From: Deltaproteobacteria bacterium
GTDB taxonomy: Bacteria; Desulfobacterota; Deferrimicrobia; Deferrimicrobiales; Deferrimicrobiaceae
Assembly: GCA_016220005.1 (NCBI GenBank)
Contig: JACRIV010000014.1
Span: 695-64,694, forward strand
Length of the DNA stretch: 64,000 nucleotides
Direction: 5' to 3'
Of this stretch, positions 1-9,984 are shown in pieces. Both the position numbers and the translations under genes were made by a program. The notes under the pieces were generated by a model. That model saw only the letters and a list, made by a program, of their open reading frames with translations, had not been told where the DNA came from and searched no databases. Position 1 is the stretch's first letter. Every line of letters begins with the position of its first letter.

Positions 1-232
1 AGTCTTCTCAGACCAGCAGAGCGCAGTCCCTCTCTTCCTCGGTTCCACGGAGGAGGTCGTTGTGCGGCGGGTGCCCCGACCCCGCCTCCCCGGGCGGGAG
101 AGGGAGCCGGCGATTGCCGCGCTCGGAGATTCTCTGCTGCTGAGCCGTCCTCCCCCCGCATCTCCCTTGTCCGCGTGAAACAGATGTCAACGGGTGTCCA
201 ACACGAACACGACGACAAAGGAGAACGAGTTG

Positions 233-484
233 ATGAAGAGCATTCGGTGGGCAGTGACGGTTGTTGCGATCGCGACGTTCCTGGCGATTCCCGTGATCTC
301 CCTGGCGGGGGATGCACCCGCGGAAGCTCCGAAGGCGGAGGCTGCGGCCCCGGCGCCCGCGGAAGCTCCGAAGGCGGAGGCTGTGGCCCCGGCGCCCGCG
401 GAAGCTCCGAAGGCGGAGGCTGCGGCCCCGGCGCCCGCGGAAGCTCCGAAGGCGGAAGCTCCGGCTGAGGCGCCTGCGAAATAG
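233..484 (+). CDS. small secreted low-complexity protein with AEAPKAEAAAPAP repeats (signal peptide MKSIRWAVTVVAIATFLAIPVISLA)
   Basis: ATG at 233 preceded by AAGGAGA. N-terminal hydrophobic signal. The body is encoded by 39-bp tandem repeats. The ORF-track start at 194 is probably too long. Confidence 0.5.
   Translation: MKSIRWAVTVVAIATFLAIPVISLAGDAPAEAPKAEAAAPAPAEAPKAEAVAPAPAEAPKAEAAAPAPAEAPKAEAPAEAPAK
320..470 (+). repeat. 39-bp tandem repeat x about 3.8 (gcggaagctccgaaggcggaggctgcggccccggcgccc)
   Basis: Units begin at 320, 359, 398 and 437 (the last degenerate). They are in frame and encode a 13-aa AEAPKAEAAAPAP unit. Confidence 0.8.
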
Positions 485-714
485 CCGGGTCATGGAGGGG
501 GGGCGGGGAGCCCCGCGTCCCCGCGCCCCCTCACCCCTTTGCCGGTAGACGCCCGATCGGCTCCGCCGCGGCCCGGGGAGGGGGTTTCGCGGATTTTCCC
601 TCCGAACATTGACTAATACTCCTTGCTGATGTCTATTGGATTACTGGTCGTCCCGCGGGGCCTTCGTCCTGCCGGGATGCCCGGCAGCGCGATTCCAAAT
701 GAGAGGCGAGCGCC

Positions 715-3261
715 ATGCGCGTCAGGCATTTCCACGTCCGGCCGAACATCCCCGAAGAGCTTGAGCCTCTCGTGGATCTGGCGAGGAACCTGTGGTTCTC
801 CTGGAACTGGGAGGCCGTCCAGCTCTTCATCCGCCTGGACCCTGCCCTCTGGGAAAAGTCCTATCAGAACCCGGTCCTGATGCTCGGCACCCTTTCCCAG
901 GCCGACCTCAATGCCGCGGCCCGGGACGAGAGCTTCGTCGCCAACGTCCGCCGGGTTCACGAGAACTTCATGAACTACCTCAAGGCCCCGGGGTGGTTCC
1001 GGGAATCCCACGGCGGCGAAAAGGATTTCCTCGCGGCGTACTTCTCCTGCGAGTTCGGGATCGACGAAGGGCTTCCGATCTATTCGGGGGGGCTGGGCGT
1101 CCTCTCGGGGGACCACCTCAAATCGGCGTCCGACCTGGGACTGCCGCTGGTCGGCGTAGGACTCCTGTACCAGAAGGGGTATTTCCGCCAGGTCCTGAAC
1201 CTCGACGGGTGGCAGCAGGAGCTCTATCCGGACAATGACTGGTTCAACATGCCGGTGACCCTGGAACGCGCTCCCGACGGCAGGGTGCTCACGATCGACG
1301 TTCCGGTCGGAGGCGAGACCGTCAAGGCGAGGATCTGGCGTGTCCAGATCGGCAAGACGCCCCTCTACCTGCTCGACAGCAACGTCAAGGAGAACGCCCC
1401 CCGGATGCGCGAGATCACCACGACCCTCTACGGCGGGGACCGGGACATGCGGATCCGGCAGGAGATCCTCCTGGGGATCGGCGGGGTCCGGGCTTTGCGC
1501 GCGCTGGGGCTGTCCCCGACGGTGTATCACATGAACGAGGGCCATTCCGCGTTCCTGGCGCTCGAGCGGATCCGGACACTCATGGCGGAGCACGGGATCT
1601 CCTTTGCCGAGGCGCGGGAGCAGGTCTTCGCCTCGAACGTCTTCACCACCCATACCCCCGTGCCTGCGGGGAACGAAGTCTTCGGCCAGGAGCTCGTCCG
1701 GAAATACGTTCAGCCCATGGCGGAGGAACTGGGCCTGCCGTGGCAGGAGTTGCTGGGACTGGGGCAGGTGGGGACGGCCAAATCGCACGACTTCGGCATG
1801 ACGGTCCTTGCCCTGCGGACCGCCGCCTTCGCGAACGGGGTGGCCCGGCTCCACGCCGAAACGTCGAGGAAGATGTGGCGCGAGCTCTGGCCCACGCTTC
1901 CCGAGGCCGAGATCCCGATCCGCAGCATCACAAACGGGATCCACACCAGGACCTGGCTGAGCCACGAGGTGGGGGAGCTTTTCAGCCGCTACATGGGCCC
2001 ACGGTTCGTCGAGAAGCCCGGCGACCACTCGGTCTGGGACCGCGTGGACGCCATCCCCGCCGGGGAACTGTGGCGGATCCACCAGGAGCGCAGGGAGCGG
2101 CTCGTCTTCTTCGCCCGGAAACGCCTCAAGGCTCAGCTCCAGCGTCAGGGGGCGGGCGCCGGCTCGCTCCGCGGCGCGGAAGAGGTGCTCAACCCCGAGG
2201 CGCTGACCATCGGCTTCTCGCGGCGCTTCGCCACTTACAAGCGCGCGGGCCTGCTCTTCCGGCAGCCGGAGCGGCTGATCCGGATGCTCAGCCACGCGGA
2301 GCGCCCTATGCAGATCATCTTCGCCGGAAAGGCCCACCCGCAGGACCACCCGGCGAAGGAGATCATCAAGTCGGTCATCCACTTCGCCACGGACCCCCGC
2401 ATCCGTCATCGCCTGGTGTTCCTCGAGGATTACGACATCAACGTGGCGCGCTACATGGTCCAGGGCGTCGACGTCTGGCTCAACACCCCCAGGCGCCCCC
2501 TCGAAGCGTCGGGCACGAGCGGGATGAAGGCGGCGGCGAACGGCGCGCTCAACGTCTCCGTACTGGACGGCTGGTGGTGCGAGGGGTACGCGCTGGACAC
2601 CGGGTGGGCGGTCGGCAGCGGCGAGGTGTATAACGACCCGGAGGAGCAGGATTACATCGAGTGCGAAGCGCTCTTCAACCTGCTGGAGCAGGAGATCGTC
2701 CCCCTGTTCTACGATCGCGACAAGGGGGGGCTGCCGCGCGAGTGGATCGCCATGATGAAGTCCTCGATGCGGAAACTGGGGGCGTACTTCAACACGCACC
2801 GGATGGTCCAGGAATACGCGGAGAGCTGCTACCTGCCGGCGCACCGCGCCGGAGCAAGGCTTGCGGAAGGAGGGTTCGCGGGCGCGAAGGCCCTGGCGTC
2901 CTGGCGGTCGCGGGTGGCCGAGAGCTGGTCGCGTCTTTCGATCCGCGTCGAGGAGGTCCGGAAGCAAAAGGAGGTTCCCGTCGGTTCTGCCGTGGGGGTC
3001 ACGGTGCGCGCGGACCTGGGGCCGCTCGCGGCGGAGGATGTTTCCGTGGAGATCTATTACGGCCCGCTCGACACGTCGGGGGAGATCCGGGACGGGGGGA
3101 TCGTCCGGGCGCGGCACGACGGCCGGGACGGGAACGGGGACCTGTTCCGCGCGGAGATTCCGTGCAAGGTCACCGGGCGCTACGGATACACGGCGCGGGT
3201 CGTGCCGCGGCACGCCGACCTGGTGAACCCTTTCACTCCGCTGCTGCTCACCTGGGAGTAG
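715..3261 (+). CDS. glgP: alpha-glucan (glycogen/maltodextrin) phosphorylase, GT35, with DUF3417 N-terminus
   Basis: 848 aa. N-terminal WFSWNWE motif, the pyridoxal-phosphate region (TSGMKAAANGALNVSVLDGWW) and overall GT35 architecture. Confidence 0.85.
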   Translation: MRVRHFHVRPNIPEELEPLVDLARNLWFSWNWEAVQLFIRLDPALWEKSYQNPVLMLGTLSQADLNAAARDESFVANVRRVHENFMNYLKAPGWFRESHGGEKDFLAAYFSCEFGIDEGLPIYSGGLGVLSGDHLKSASDLGLPLVGVGLLYQKGYFRQVLNLDGWQQELYPDNDWFNMPVTLERAPDGRVLTIDVPVGGETVKARIWRVQIGKTPLYLLDSNVKENAPRMREITTTLYGGDRDMRIRQEILLGIGGVRALRALGLSPTVYHMNEGHSAFLALERIRTLMAEHGISFAEAREQVFASNVFTTHTPVPAGNEVFGQELVRKYVQPMAEELGLPWQELLGLGQVGTAKSHDFGMTVLALRTAAFANGVARLHAETSRKMWRELWPTLPEAEIPIRSITNGIHTRTWLSHEVGELFSRYMGPRFVEKPGDHSVWDRVDAIPAGELWRIHQERRERLVFFARKRLKAQLQRQGAGAGSLRGAEEVLNPEALTIGFSRRFATYKRAGLLFRQPERLIRMLSHAERPMQIIFAGKAHPQDHPAKEIIKSVIHFATDPRIRHRLVFLEDYDINVARYMVQGVDVWLNTPRRPLEASGTSGMKAAANGALNVSVLDGWWCEGYALDTGWAVGSGEVYNDPEEQDYIECEALFNLLEQEIVPLFYDRDKGGLPREWIAMMKSSMRKLGAYFNTHRMVQEYAESCYLPAHRAGARLAEGGFAGAKALASWRSRVAESWSRLSIRVEEVRKQKEVPVGSAVGVTVRADLGPLAAEDVSVEIYYGPLDTSGEIRDGGIVRARHDGRDGNGDLFRAEIPCKVTGRYGYTARVVPRHADLVNPFTPLLLTWE

Positions 3262-4486
3262 CCGGCGTCCGGACCGGACCCCTTGGCCGGCTTGGTGGTT
3301 TCGGGGGCTTTACGGTCGAGACGAGGAGCGACGCGAGGAGCGCGAGCAGGGCGGCGATGAGGAACGCCGTGGTGTAGCTCTTCGTCGCGTCGTACAGCCA
3401 GCCCCCCAGCATCGGGCCGATGATCCCCGCCGTGCCCCAGGCCGTCACCACGAGGCCGTAGTTGTTGCCGATGTTGCTGACCCCGAAGAAGTCGGCCGTC
3501 GCGGAGGGGAAGACCGCGAGCTGTGACCCGTAGCAATAACCGATCAGGAACACCGATACGAAGAGGAAGGGGCGCGTCGAGACATCCGGCTCGAAGAAGA
3601 GCAGGACCGCCGTCAGCCCCATGACGAGCGCGAGCGTCCTCGTCCGGCCGATGTGATCGGACAGCCATCCCGAACCGATCCGCCCGCAGCCGTTCCCCAC
3701 GGCAAGGACTCCCACCGAGAGGGCGGCGTCCGGGCGGGAAAAGCCGGCCCCCTGGGCGAAGGCCGCGAGGTGGCCGATGACCATCAGTCCCGCGGTGGTT
3801 CCCAGAGCGTACGCCGGCCACATTCTGCAGAAAGCCCGTGTGCGCAGCATCTCCCCCGGAGCGAAATCGTGGAGAGTCCGGAAGGCACCGTCTCCCGGCG
3901 GGGGCGGGGTCCATCCTTCCGGCGACCATCCTTCCGGGGGGTTCCGCACGAAAAAGGAACCGGCGATGGTGACGAAGAAAAAGCCCATCCCCAGAAGCGC
4001 GAAGGTGTCCCTCCAGCCGTAAAGGTCGATGAGAAGCCCCGCCAGCGGCGCGATCAGCGCCCCCCCCGCCCCGTAGCCCATCACCATGAGGCCCGTCACC
4101 AGCCCGCGCCGGTCGGGGAACCATTTCATTCCGACGGCGAGCGGGCAGGTGTATCCGACGCCGCTGGCGAAGCCGACCAGGACGCCGTAGAAGACGTACA
4201 ACCACAAGAGGGAGTGGGTGTACCGTGAGAGGAAGATCCCCGCCGAGAAGAGGAGCGCGCCGGTGAGGGCCACGGGAGCCGGTCCCTTCCGGTCCTGCCA
4301 TCTTCCCCCGATGAGCACTCCCGTCGCGATGCACGCGATGGAGAGGGTGAAGGCGACCGACACCTCCGCCCGCGTCCAGCCGAACTCCTTCTGGAGGGGG
4401 GCGAGAAAGACGCTCCAGGCGTACGCGGCGCCGAAGCAGAGGTTCATCGCCACTCCCCCCGCGACGCGGAACCAGCGGTTCATCAT
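3248..4486 (-). CDS. MFS transporter, oxalate/formate antiporter (OFA) family
   Basis: 412 aa with 12 predicted TM segments. N-terminal MNLCFGAAYAWSVF motif typical of the OFA family. Convergent with glgP and overlaps it by 14 nt. Confidence 0.7.
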   Translation of the reverse strand: MMNRWFRVAGGVAMNLCFGAAYAWSVFLAPLQKEFGWTRAEVSVAFTLSIACIATGVLIGGRWQDRKGPAPVALTGALLFSAGIFLSRYTHSLLWLYVFYGVLVGFASGVGYTCPLAVGMKWFPDRRGLVTGLMVMGYGAGGALIAPLAGLLIDLYGWRDTFALLGMGFFFVTIAGSFFVRNPPEGWSPEGWTPPPPGDGAFRTLHDFAPGEMLRTRAFCRMWPAYALGTTAGLMVIGHLAAFAQGAGFSRPDAALSVGVLAVGNGCGRIGSGWLSDHIGRTRTLALVMGLTAVLLFFEPDVSTRPFLFVSVFLIGYCYGSQLAVFPSATADFFGVSNIGNNYGLVVTAWGTAGIIGPMLGGWLYDATKSYTTAFLIAALLALLASLLVSTVKPPKPPSRPRGPVRTPATPR

Positions 4487-4487
4487 C

Positions 4488-5258
4488 TCAGGCGTCCCGT
4501 TTCGGGCGGGGGGATCCTTGGTAGATTTCGGCGCAGCGCTCCGGGGACATCCCCAGCCGATGGGCCAGGCGCAGCCCCCACATGAGGAGGATCGTCCGCG
4601 CCGGGCCCTGCGCCTCCCACCGCCTTGCGGACGTGGTGATCGGCACGGGGAGGAGAACGGTCTCCCCTCGGGCGGTCAGGAGCCGGGACAGCGCCACGTC
4701 TTCCATGAGCGGAATCTCCGGGTAGGCCCCCATCGCTTCGAAGACCTCCCTCCGGACGAAGATCCCCTGGTCGCCCGTGTAGGCCCGGAAAAGCCGTGCG
4801 CGGAGGTTGATCATCCTGCCCGTCAGCCGGAGCATCGCCGTCCTGTAGATCGATGCCCCGGCGGAGAGGCTCAGGCGCACGCGGAACGCTCCGCCGAGGC
4901 AGCCTCCGTTCCGCATGGCCATGCGGACCGCATCGATGGAGCCGTGCGGAAGCTCCGTGTCCGCGTGGAGAAAGAGAAGGACGGCCCCGGAGGCGCGGCG
5001 GGCTCCGGCGTTCATCTGCATCGCCCTTCCCGCGGCGGACGCAAGCGCGGCGTCCGCAAGGCGGCAGGCGGTTTCCAGCGTGCCGTCCGTGCTGCCCCCG
5101 TCGACGACGACCACCTCGTCCGCCCCGGCTTCGCGGGCGGACCGTATCACCTTCGGCAGGGACGCCTCCTCGTCGAGCGCGGGGATGACCACCGAGACCG
5201 TCGGGCCTTGCCTCACCGGGGACATTCCCATGGGGGACATTCCTATCTCGAGTTTCAT
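4488..5258 (-). CDS. family 2 glycosyltransferase (TIGR04283-like)
   Basis: VSVVIPALDEE...VVVDGGSTDGT...MEDVALS motifs. The start is ambiguous among four in-frame ATGs (5258, 5240, 5231, 5225) that lie within short direct repeats. Confidence 0.65.
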   Translation of the reverse strand: MKLEIGMSPMGMSPVRQGPTVSVVIPALDEEASLPKVIRSAREAGADEVVVVDGGSTDGTLETACRLADAALASAAGRAMQMNAGARRASGAVLLFLHADTELPHGSIDAVRMAMRNGGCLGGAFRVRLSLSAGASIYRTAMLRLTGRMINLRARLFRAYTGDQGIFVRREVFEAMGAYPEIPLMEDVALSRLLTARGETVLLPVPITTSARRWEAQGPARTILLMWGLRLAHRLGMSPERCAEIYQGSPRPKRDA

Positions 5259-5330
5259 GTTGAGGAGTGTCCCCCCCCGCGTTGAGGAGTGTCCCCCGCC
5301 TTGGGAGAGGAGTGTCCCCGCCCATCCGCC
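5215..5330. repeat. cluster of short direct repeats: ggggacattcc x2 and gaggagtgtcccc x3
   Basis: Read directly from the sequence at the DedA/GT2 gene junction. The repeats encode the DedA C-terminal tail and the GT2 MSPMGMSP N-terminus. Confidence 0.7.
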
Positions 5331-6067
5331 GGCGTGGCCCCGGCGGGGCGATCCTTCCGGATACGCCGGACGATGCCGGGGAGGAAGAAGGAAAAGGCGA
5401 GTAGCGCCGCGGGAAAGAGGATGTTGAACTGGAACAGGTCCGCGGGGCCCCGGAAGGAAGCCACGATCTCCTTCAGGTTGCCGACGAAGAAGGAGACGAT
5501 GGCGACGGCCGGGGCGATCCCCAGGATAGTCCCCCAGAAATAGTCGGAGAAACGGATGCGGGTGGCGCCGGCGGCGTAGTTCAGGACGATGAAGGGGAAC
5601 CAGAGGATGCGCAGGTAGAAGACGACCGCAAACCCGTGTTCCTCCGCCTTCCGGTCGAGATCGGCGAGCTTTCCGACCAGGAATCCTTCCGCGAAGCCGC
5701 GGAGGAAATAGCGTCCGAGGAGAAAGGAGATCGATGCGCCGGCCACGGCCCCGAGGATGTTGTAGGCCGCTCCGAGATACTTTCCGAAGATGAGCGCCCC
5801 CGCCGCGGTGAACGGCGTGGCGGGCAGCGCGAGGACCCCGAGTCCATAGAACAGGACGAAAGCGCCGGGCCCGAACACGCCGGCGGCCTGTACGTAGAAG
5901 TCGATCCGCGCGACCAGTTCCTTCCTCCCCTCCTGCGACAGGCAGAGACTTCCCACGGGCGTGAGGAAGAGCAGGTATCCGACGGTGCCGGCGAAAACGA
6001 AAAAGGCGGCGAACTTCAGGATGTTCTCTATCTTGATCGTCAATCGGCGCTCCGCATCATCACCCAT
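5255..6067 (-). CDS. DedA/TVP38/TMEM64 family membrane protein
   Basis: 270 aa multi-TM protein with the conserved FGKYLGAAYNILGAVAGASISFLLGRY region. Its stop overlaps the GT2 start by 4 nt, placing it in an operon with the GT2 and MFS genes. Confidence 0.65.
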   Translation of the reverse strand: MGDDAERRLTIKIENILKFAAFFVFAGTVGYLLFLTPVGSLCLSQEGRKELVARIDFYVQAAGVFGPGAFVLFYGLGVLALPATPFTAAGALIFGKYLGAAYNILGAVAGASISFLLGRYFLRGFAEGFLVGKLADLDRKAEEHGFAVVFYLRILWFPFIVLNYAAGATRIRFSDYFWGTILGIAPAVAIVSFFVGNLKEIVASFRGPADLFQFNILFPAALLAFSFFLPGIVRRIRKDRPAGATPADGRGHSSPKAGDTPQRGGGHSST

Positions 6068-6206
6068 TCATATTAAGGGAGAGGGGTGCCGAAGGGAAGG
6101 CATGGGTGTCTGCCGGATTGCCCGCGGCCCCCCAGTACCATGTTGAATGCGTGTCCCCCTCCACTTACAATGAACTGATTCACATATCCGGGAGGGGGGG
6201 ACAAAG

Positions 6207-6866
6207 ATGCGAAGAGGGCGGTTTGCGAAGGCGGTGGCGCTCCTGCTCGTCGTTTCGGCGGGGTGGCTCGTAACGGGCTGCTTCGGGAAGTTCCAGCTCA
6301 CTCGCAAGGTATACGAGATCAACAAGACGTCGGTGGACGATCCGTATGTACGAAGCGCCCTCACGTGGGTCCTCGTGATCGTGCCCGTTTATGGATTCTC
6401 CGCCTTCCTGGATCTGGTCCTTTTCAACGTGATCGAGTTCTGGTCGGGGGAGAACCCGGTCGCGAGCGCGCCATCGACGAAGGTGTACGTCATGGGAGAG
6501 GACAGAGTGCAGTTGACGATCGCCCGGGAGGACGGGGCGACCGTGGCCACGCTCGACAGGTACCGGGGCGGATCGCTCGTCTCCACGCTCCGGGTCCGCG
6601 ACGGGGGCGGCGCGGTGACCGCTTCCGTGACCGAAGACGGCGTGGAGACCAAGCGGATCACCGCAATCCGACTGCCCGACGGCTCGGTAGAGGTGGCGAC
6701 CCTTGCGGCTCCCTCGCCACGGATCGAGCGGCTCTACCCGGCCGCCGTGGAAACCTATCTGGCGCGGGTCGCCCGTATCGCGGGCGAGGCCAGGGCAGCC
6801 CGGGCGGCAAGGATGGGCGCGCCCCGTCTCGCTCCACCGGCCCGGGTCCCGGCGTTCCAGGGATAG
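6207..6866 (+). CDS. lipoprotein (lipobox LVTGC), possibly DUF3332-like
   Basis: Signal peptide plus LVTGC lipobox. The N-terminal conserved block KVYEINKTSVDDPYVRSALTWVLVIVPVYGFSAFLDLVLFNVIEFWSGENP is followed by an Ala/Arg-rich tail. Confidence 0.45.
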   Translation: MRRGRFAKAVALLLVVSAGWLVTGCFGKFQLTRKVYEINKTSVDDPYVRSALTWVLVIVPVYGFSAFLDLVLFNVIEFWSGENPVASAPSTKVYVMGEDRVQLTIAREDGATVATLDRYRGGSLVSTLRVRDGGGAVTASVTEDGVETKRITAIRLPDGSVEVATLAAPSPRIERLYPAAVETYLARVARIAGEARAARAARMGAPRLAPPARVPAFQG

Positions 6867-6985
6867 GAACAGGCCGCCCGCACGGCCCGCGCAGCAAAGG
6901 ACAGGAGGTCGAGGCTGCCGGATTACCAGTAGGCCTCGGCCTCCGGCGGCTGACGTCCGGGGGCCGGGTTTTTCTGGAGGACGAT

Positions 6986-8428
6986 ATGCGGTTTCCCAGG
7001 CTTTCTCTCGTGGACCGTGGGCTCCAGTTCAAGCTCACGATGGTGATGCTGATCCTTCTGGCCTGTTCCATGGGGTCGGTGTTTCTTCCTTATTACCTGG
7101 GGCGCGAAAGCCTCAAGCGCGACCTCGAGGAGAGCTTCCTCGAGCTCTCCAACGCCATCCGGGTGAGCATCGACCAGCTCACCGCCCCCGCCGCGTCCGA
7201 GAAGGACCGGCTGCACGACTACGTGGAATCGCTGAAAAAGACCGGGATCCGCGAGGTGTCGATCGTCGGCGAGGACATGGGTATCATCGACAGCACCGAC
7301 CCGAAGAAGATCGGCAAGCTGTCGCGGATCAAGCTTCCGCCCGAGAAGCTCATCATCAACGCGACCTTCGGCGAGGAGACGCCGGGCAAGATGGCGAGGG
7401 ACCTCGTCATACCGGTGACGCTGGGCGGGGACACGATGGGGTACATCCACGTCCGCATGCGGATCGACGACTTCACGGAGACGATCCGGAGGAACCTGTA
7501 CCTCCGTTTCTTCAGCACGCTGCTCGTCTTCTCCCTGGGGCTCGTCCTGGCGGTCAGCATCTCTTCCCACTACGTCCGGCCGGTGGAGGAGCTGGCCCAC
7601 GCCGCCGAGAAGGTGGCGGCGGGGGACCTTTCCCAGGAGCTTCCGGTCCGCGGCAAGGACGAGGTGGGGCGGCTGACCCGGTCGTTCAACGAGATGATCG
7701 CGAAGCTGCGGCAGAACCGGGAGCTCGAGGAGAAGGTCCGGGAGACGCAGTACTTGACGCAGCTCGGCCGCCTGTCGTCAGGCGTCGCCCACGAGATCCG
7801 CAACCCCCTGAACTTCATCGGGCTGGCGGTCGACCACCTCGACGCGCTGACCGAGGGCAGGAAGCCGGAGGCCGCGCAGGAGAAGGCGCAGATCATCGCG
7901 CGGATCAAGGAGGAGATCCAGAGGCTGAACGAGCTGGTCGCCAACTTCATCACGTACGGACGGCCTCCGGCGCCGGACAGGGCTCCCGTGCGGATCCCGG
8001 AGATCGTCGAGAGCGTGCTGCGGATGGCGGACAACCGGATGCGGACGCAGCGGATCGTGTGCCGGCGCGAATTCCGGATCGGGCCGGCGGTCATGGTGGA
8101 TCCCGACATGATCCGGCGCGCCGTGCTGAACATCGTGGGGAACGCGATCGACGCGATGCCCAACGGCGGCGAGTTGGACATCTCGGGGGGTCCGCGGGAG
8201 GGCGGCGGGTACGACCTCGTGATCGGCGATACCGGAATGGGGATCGCCGAGGAGAACCGCGAGAAGATCTTCGAGCCGTACTTCACCACCAAGCAGTCGG
8301 GCCTGGGGCTGGGGCTCGTCCTCACCCGGAAGATCGTGGAGGCGCACGGCGGGGAAATCATGGTAGATTCGCAGCCGGGGAAAGGGACGCGGATACAGGT
8401 CCTTCTCCCGGGAGTGCAGACGGAGTGA
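6986..8428 (+). CDS. sensor histidine kinase (TM-HAMP-HisKA-HATPase_c), NtrB-like
   Basis: Internal ATG at 6986 with AGGA upstream. H-box GVAHEIRNPLNFI and N/G boxes VGNAIDAM, DTGMGI, GLGLGL. The ORF-track start at 6263 is a high-GC frame extension. Confidence 0.8.
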   Translation: MRFPRLSLVDRGLQFKLTMVMLILLACSMGSVFLPYYLGRESLKRDLEESFLELSNAIRVSIDQLTAPAASEKDRLHDYVESLKKTGIREVSIVGEDMGIIDSTDPKKIGKLSRIKLPPEKLIINATFGEETPGKMARDLVIPVTLGGDTMGYIHVRMRIDDFTETIRRNLYLRFFSTLLVFSLGLVLAVSISSHYVRPVEELAHAAEKVAAGDLSQELPVRGKDEVGRLTRSFNEMIAKLRQNRELEEKVRETQYLTQLGRLSSGVAHEIRNPLNFIGLAVDHLDALTEGRKPEAAQEKAQIIARIKEEIQRLNELVANFITYGRPPAPDRAPVRIPEIVESVLRMADNRMRTQRIVCRREFRIGPAVMVDPDMIRRAVLNIVGNAIDAMPNGGELDISGGPREGGGYDLVIGDTGMGIAEENREKIFEPYFTTKQSGLGLGLVLTRKIVEAHGGEIMVDSQPGKGTRIQVLLPGVQTE

Positions 8429-8432
8429 GGGG

Positions 8433-9806
8433 ATGAAGGGGACGATCCTCGTCGTCGACGACGAGCGGAACCAGCGGGAGATCCTGGGCTCCATCCTGCG
8501 GAGCGAGGGGCACAACCCCGTTCTCGCGGGAAGTGGGGAAGAGGCGCTGCGCGCACTCGAGCGGGAAGCGGTCGACCTCGTGCTGACCGACCTCGTGATG
8601 CCCGGGATGACGGGGGAGGAACTGATCGATGCGGTCCATGCCAGGAACCCGGGCCTTCCGATCCTCCTCACCAGCGCGTACGGGACGATCCAGACCGCCG
8701 TCGACGCGATCAAGAAGGGAGCCTATTACTATTTCGAGAAACCGGTGGACCGCGCCCGCCTCCTCATCATCATCGAGCGCGCGCTCGAGACCCTTCGCCT
8801 GCGGGAGTCGCACCGCGTTCTCTCGGAGAAGCTGTTCCCCGGGGCGCCCCAGATCGTAGGGGAGCATTCAGGGATCCGGGAGATCAAGAGGATCCTGCCC
8901 CGTGTGGCGAAAAGCGAGGCCACCGTCCTGCTCTGCGGCGAGAGCGGCACCGGGAAGGAGGTGATCGCCCGGAACATCCACTCGATGAGCGAGCGCTCCC
9001 ACGCCCCCTTCCTGGCGGTCAACTGCGCCTCCCTTCCGGAAAACCTCATCGAGAGCGAGCTGTTCGGGCACGAGCGGGGGGCCTTCACCGGCGCCCACCG
9101 GCGGGAGATCGGCCTTTTCGAGGCGGCGGAGGGCGGGACGCTCTTCCTCGATGAAATCACCGAGGTGAAGCGGGAAATCCAGGCGAAGCTCCTCCGGGCC
9201 CTCCAGGATCGGGAGATCCGCCGCGTCGGGGGGAAGGAAAATATCACGGTAAACGCCCGGATCATCGCGGCGACGAACCGGGACCTGGAGGAGGCCGTCA
9301 AGGCCGGACGGTTTGGAGCCGACCTGTTCTACCGCCTGAACATCCTGAAGCTGACCCTGCCGCCCCTGCGGGAGCGGATCTCGGACATCCCGGCGCTCGC
9401 GGAGCATTTCCTGTCCCGGCACGGGGAGAAGGGGGTTCCGCCCGTCAGGGAGATCACGAAGGAGGCGATGCGCCTGATGATGTGCTACCCCTGGCCCGGG
9501 AACATCCGGGAGCTTTCCTCGGCGATCGAACGGGCGGTGGTCCTGGCCGAGGAAGCGAAGATCACGCCGGCGGAGCTTCCTCCCGAAGTCCGGGGCGAAA
9601 GGAATCCCTCTCCCACGGAGCAGTCTTTGTATCCTATATATGAGCTGCCCCACATGGGGGTCGATTTCGAGAAACTGGAGGAGAGCCTTCTGCGCCAGGC
9701 GATGGAGTTGTCAGGCGGGATAAATACCCGCGGGGCCGAGCTTCTCCGGATGAGCTACAAGACCTACGTCTACCGCTTGAAGAAGTTCGGGATCATCCCC
9801 CCCTGA
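8433..9806 (+). CDS. sigma-54-dependent response regulator, NtrC family (REC-AAA+-Fis HTH)
   Basis: REC domain with the phospho-acceptor Asp. AAA+ motifs GESGTGKE, GAFTGA and ESELFGHE. C-terminal HTH. Begins 5 nt after the kinase stop. Confidence 0.9.
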   Translation: MKGTILVVDDERNQREILGSILRSEGHNPVLAGSGEEALRALEREAVDLVLTDLVMPGMTGEELIDAVHARNPGLPILLTSAYGTIQTAVDAIKKGAYYYFEKPVDRARLLIIIERALETLRLRESHRVLSEKLFPGAPQIVGEHSGIREIKRILPRVAKSEATVLLCGESGTGKEVIARNIHSMSERSHAPFLAVNCASLPENLIESELFGHERGAFTGAHRREIGLFEAAEGGTLFLDEITEVKREIQAKLLRALQDREIRRVGGKENITVNARIIAATNRDLEEAVKAGRFGADLFYRLNILKLTLPPLRERISDIPALAEHFLSRHGEKGVPPVREITKEAMRLMMCYPWPGNIRELSSAIERAVVLAEEAKITPAELPPEVRGERNPSPTEQSLYPIYELPHMGVDFEKLEESLLRQAMELSGGINTRGAELLRMSYKTYVYRLKKFGIIPP

Positions 9807-9984
9807 CCCCCTCCCCATTTGGGGAAATCGATACCCAAAAGGGGCAAGCCGCCTGCGTTTCACCTCGGTGGGGCAATTGATAACTAATTGATTCAATTAT
9901 TCTATTTATGGCAGATGGGGTTGGCATCAATTTTGAGTTAATAATCTGCACGCACCATAAACTCTCCGTATAGGAGGAAGGAAG

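Noticed and set aside
8-493. 161-aa minus-strand Arg-rich ORF overlapping the repeat protein.
   Set aside because: A translation artefact of the 39-bp tandem repeats read on the opposite strand.
613-3213. 866-aa ORF antisense to glgP. Similar long antisense ORFs occur at 10305-11891, 13341-14702, 14816-16636, 17324-18589, 18579-20369, 30811-32655, 33870-35846 and 37863-40397.
   Set aside because: These are shadow ORFs typical of 65%+ GC DNA. Their translations are Arg/Pro/Gly-rich low-complexity with no motifs, and each is fully covered by a well-supported gene on the other strand.
9921-9937. Sigma-54-like element TGGCATcaattTTGA upstream of the 9985 small-protein gene.
   Set aside because: The -24 GG is present, but the near-invariant -12 GC is GA. 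Not called. An AT-rich region with palindromes (possible IHF/regulator site) is noted only.
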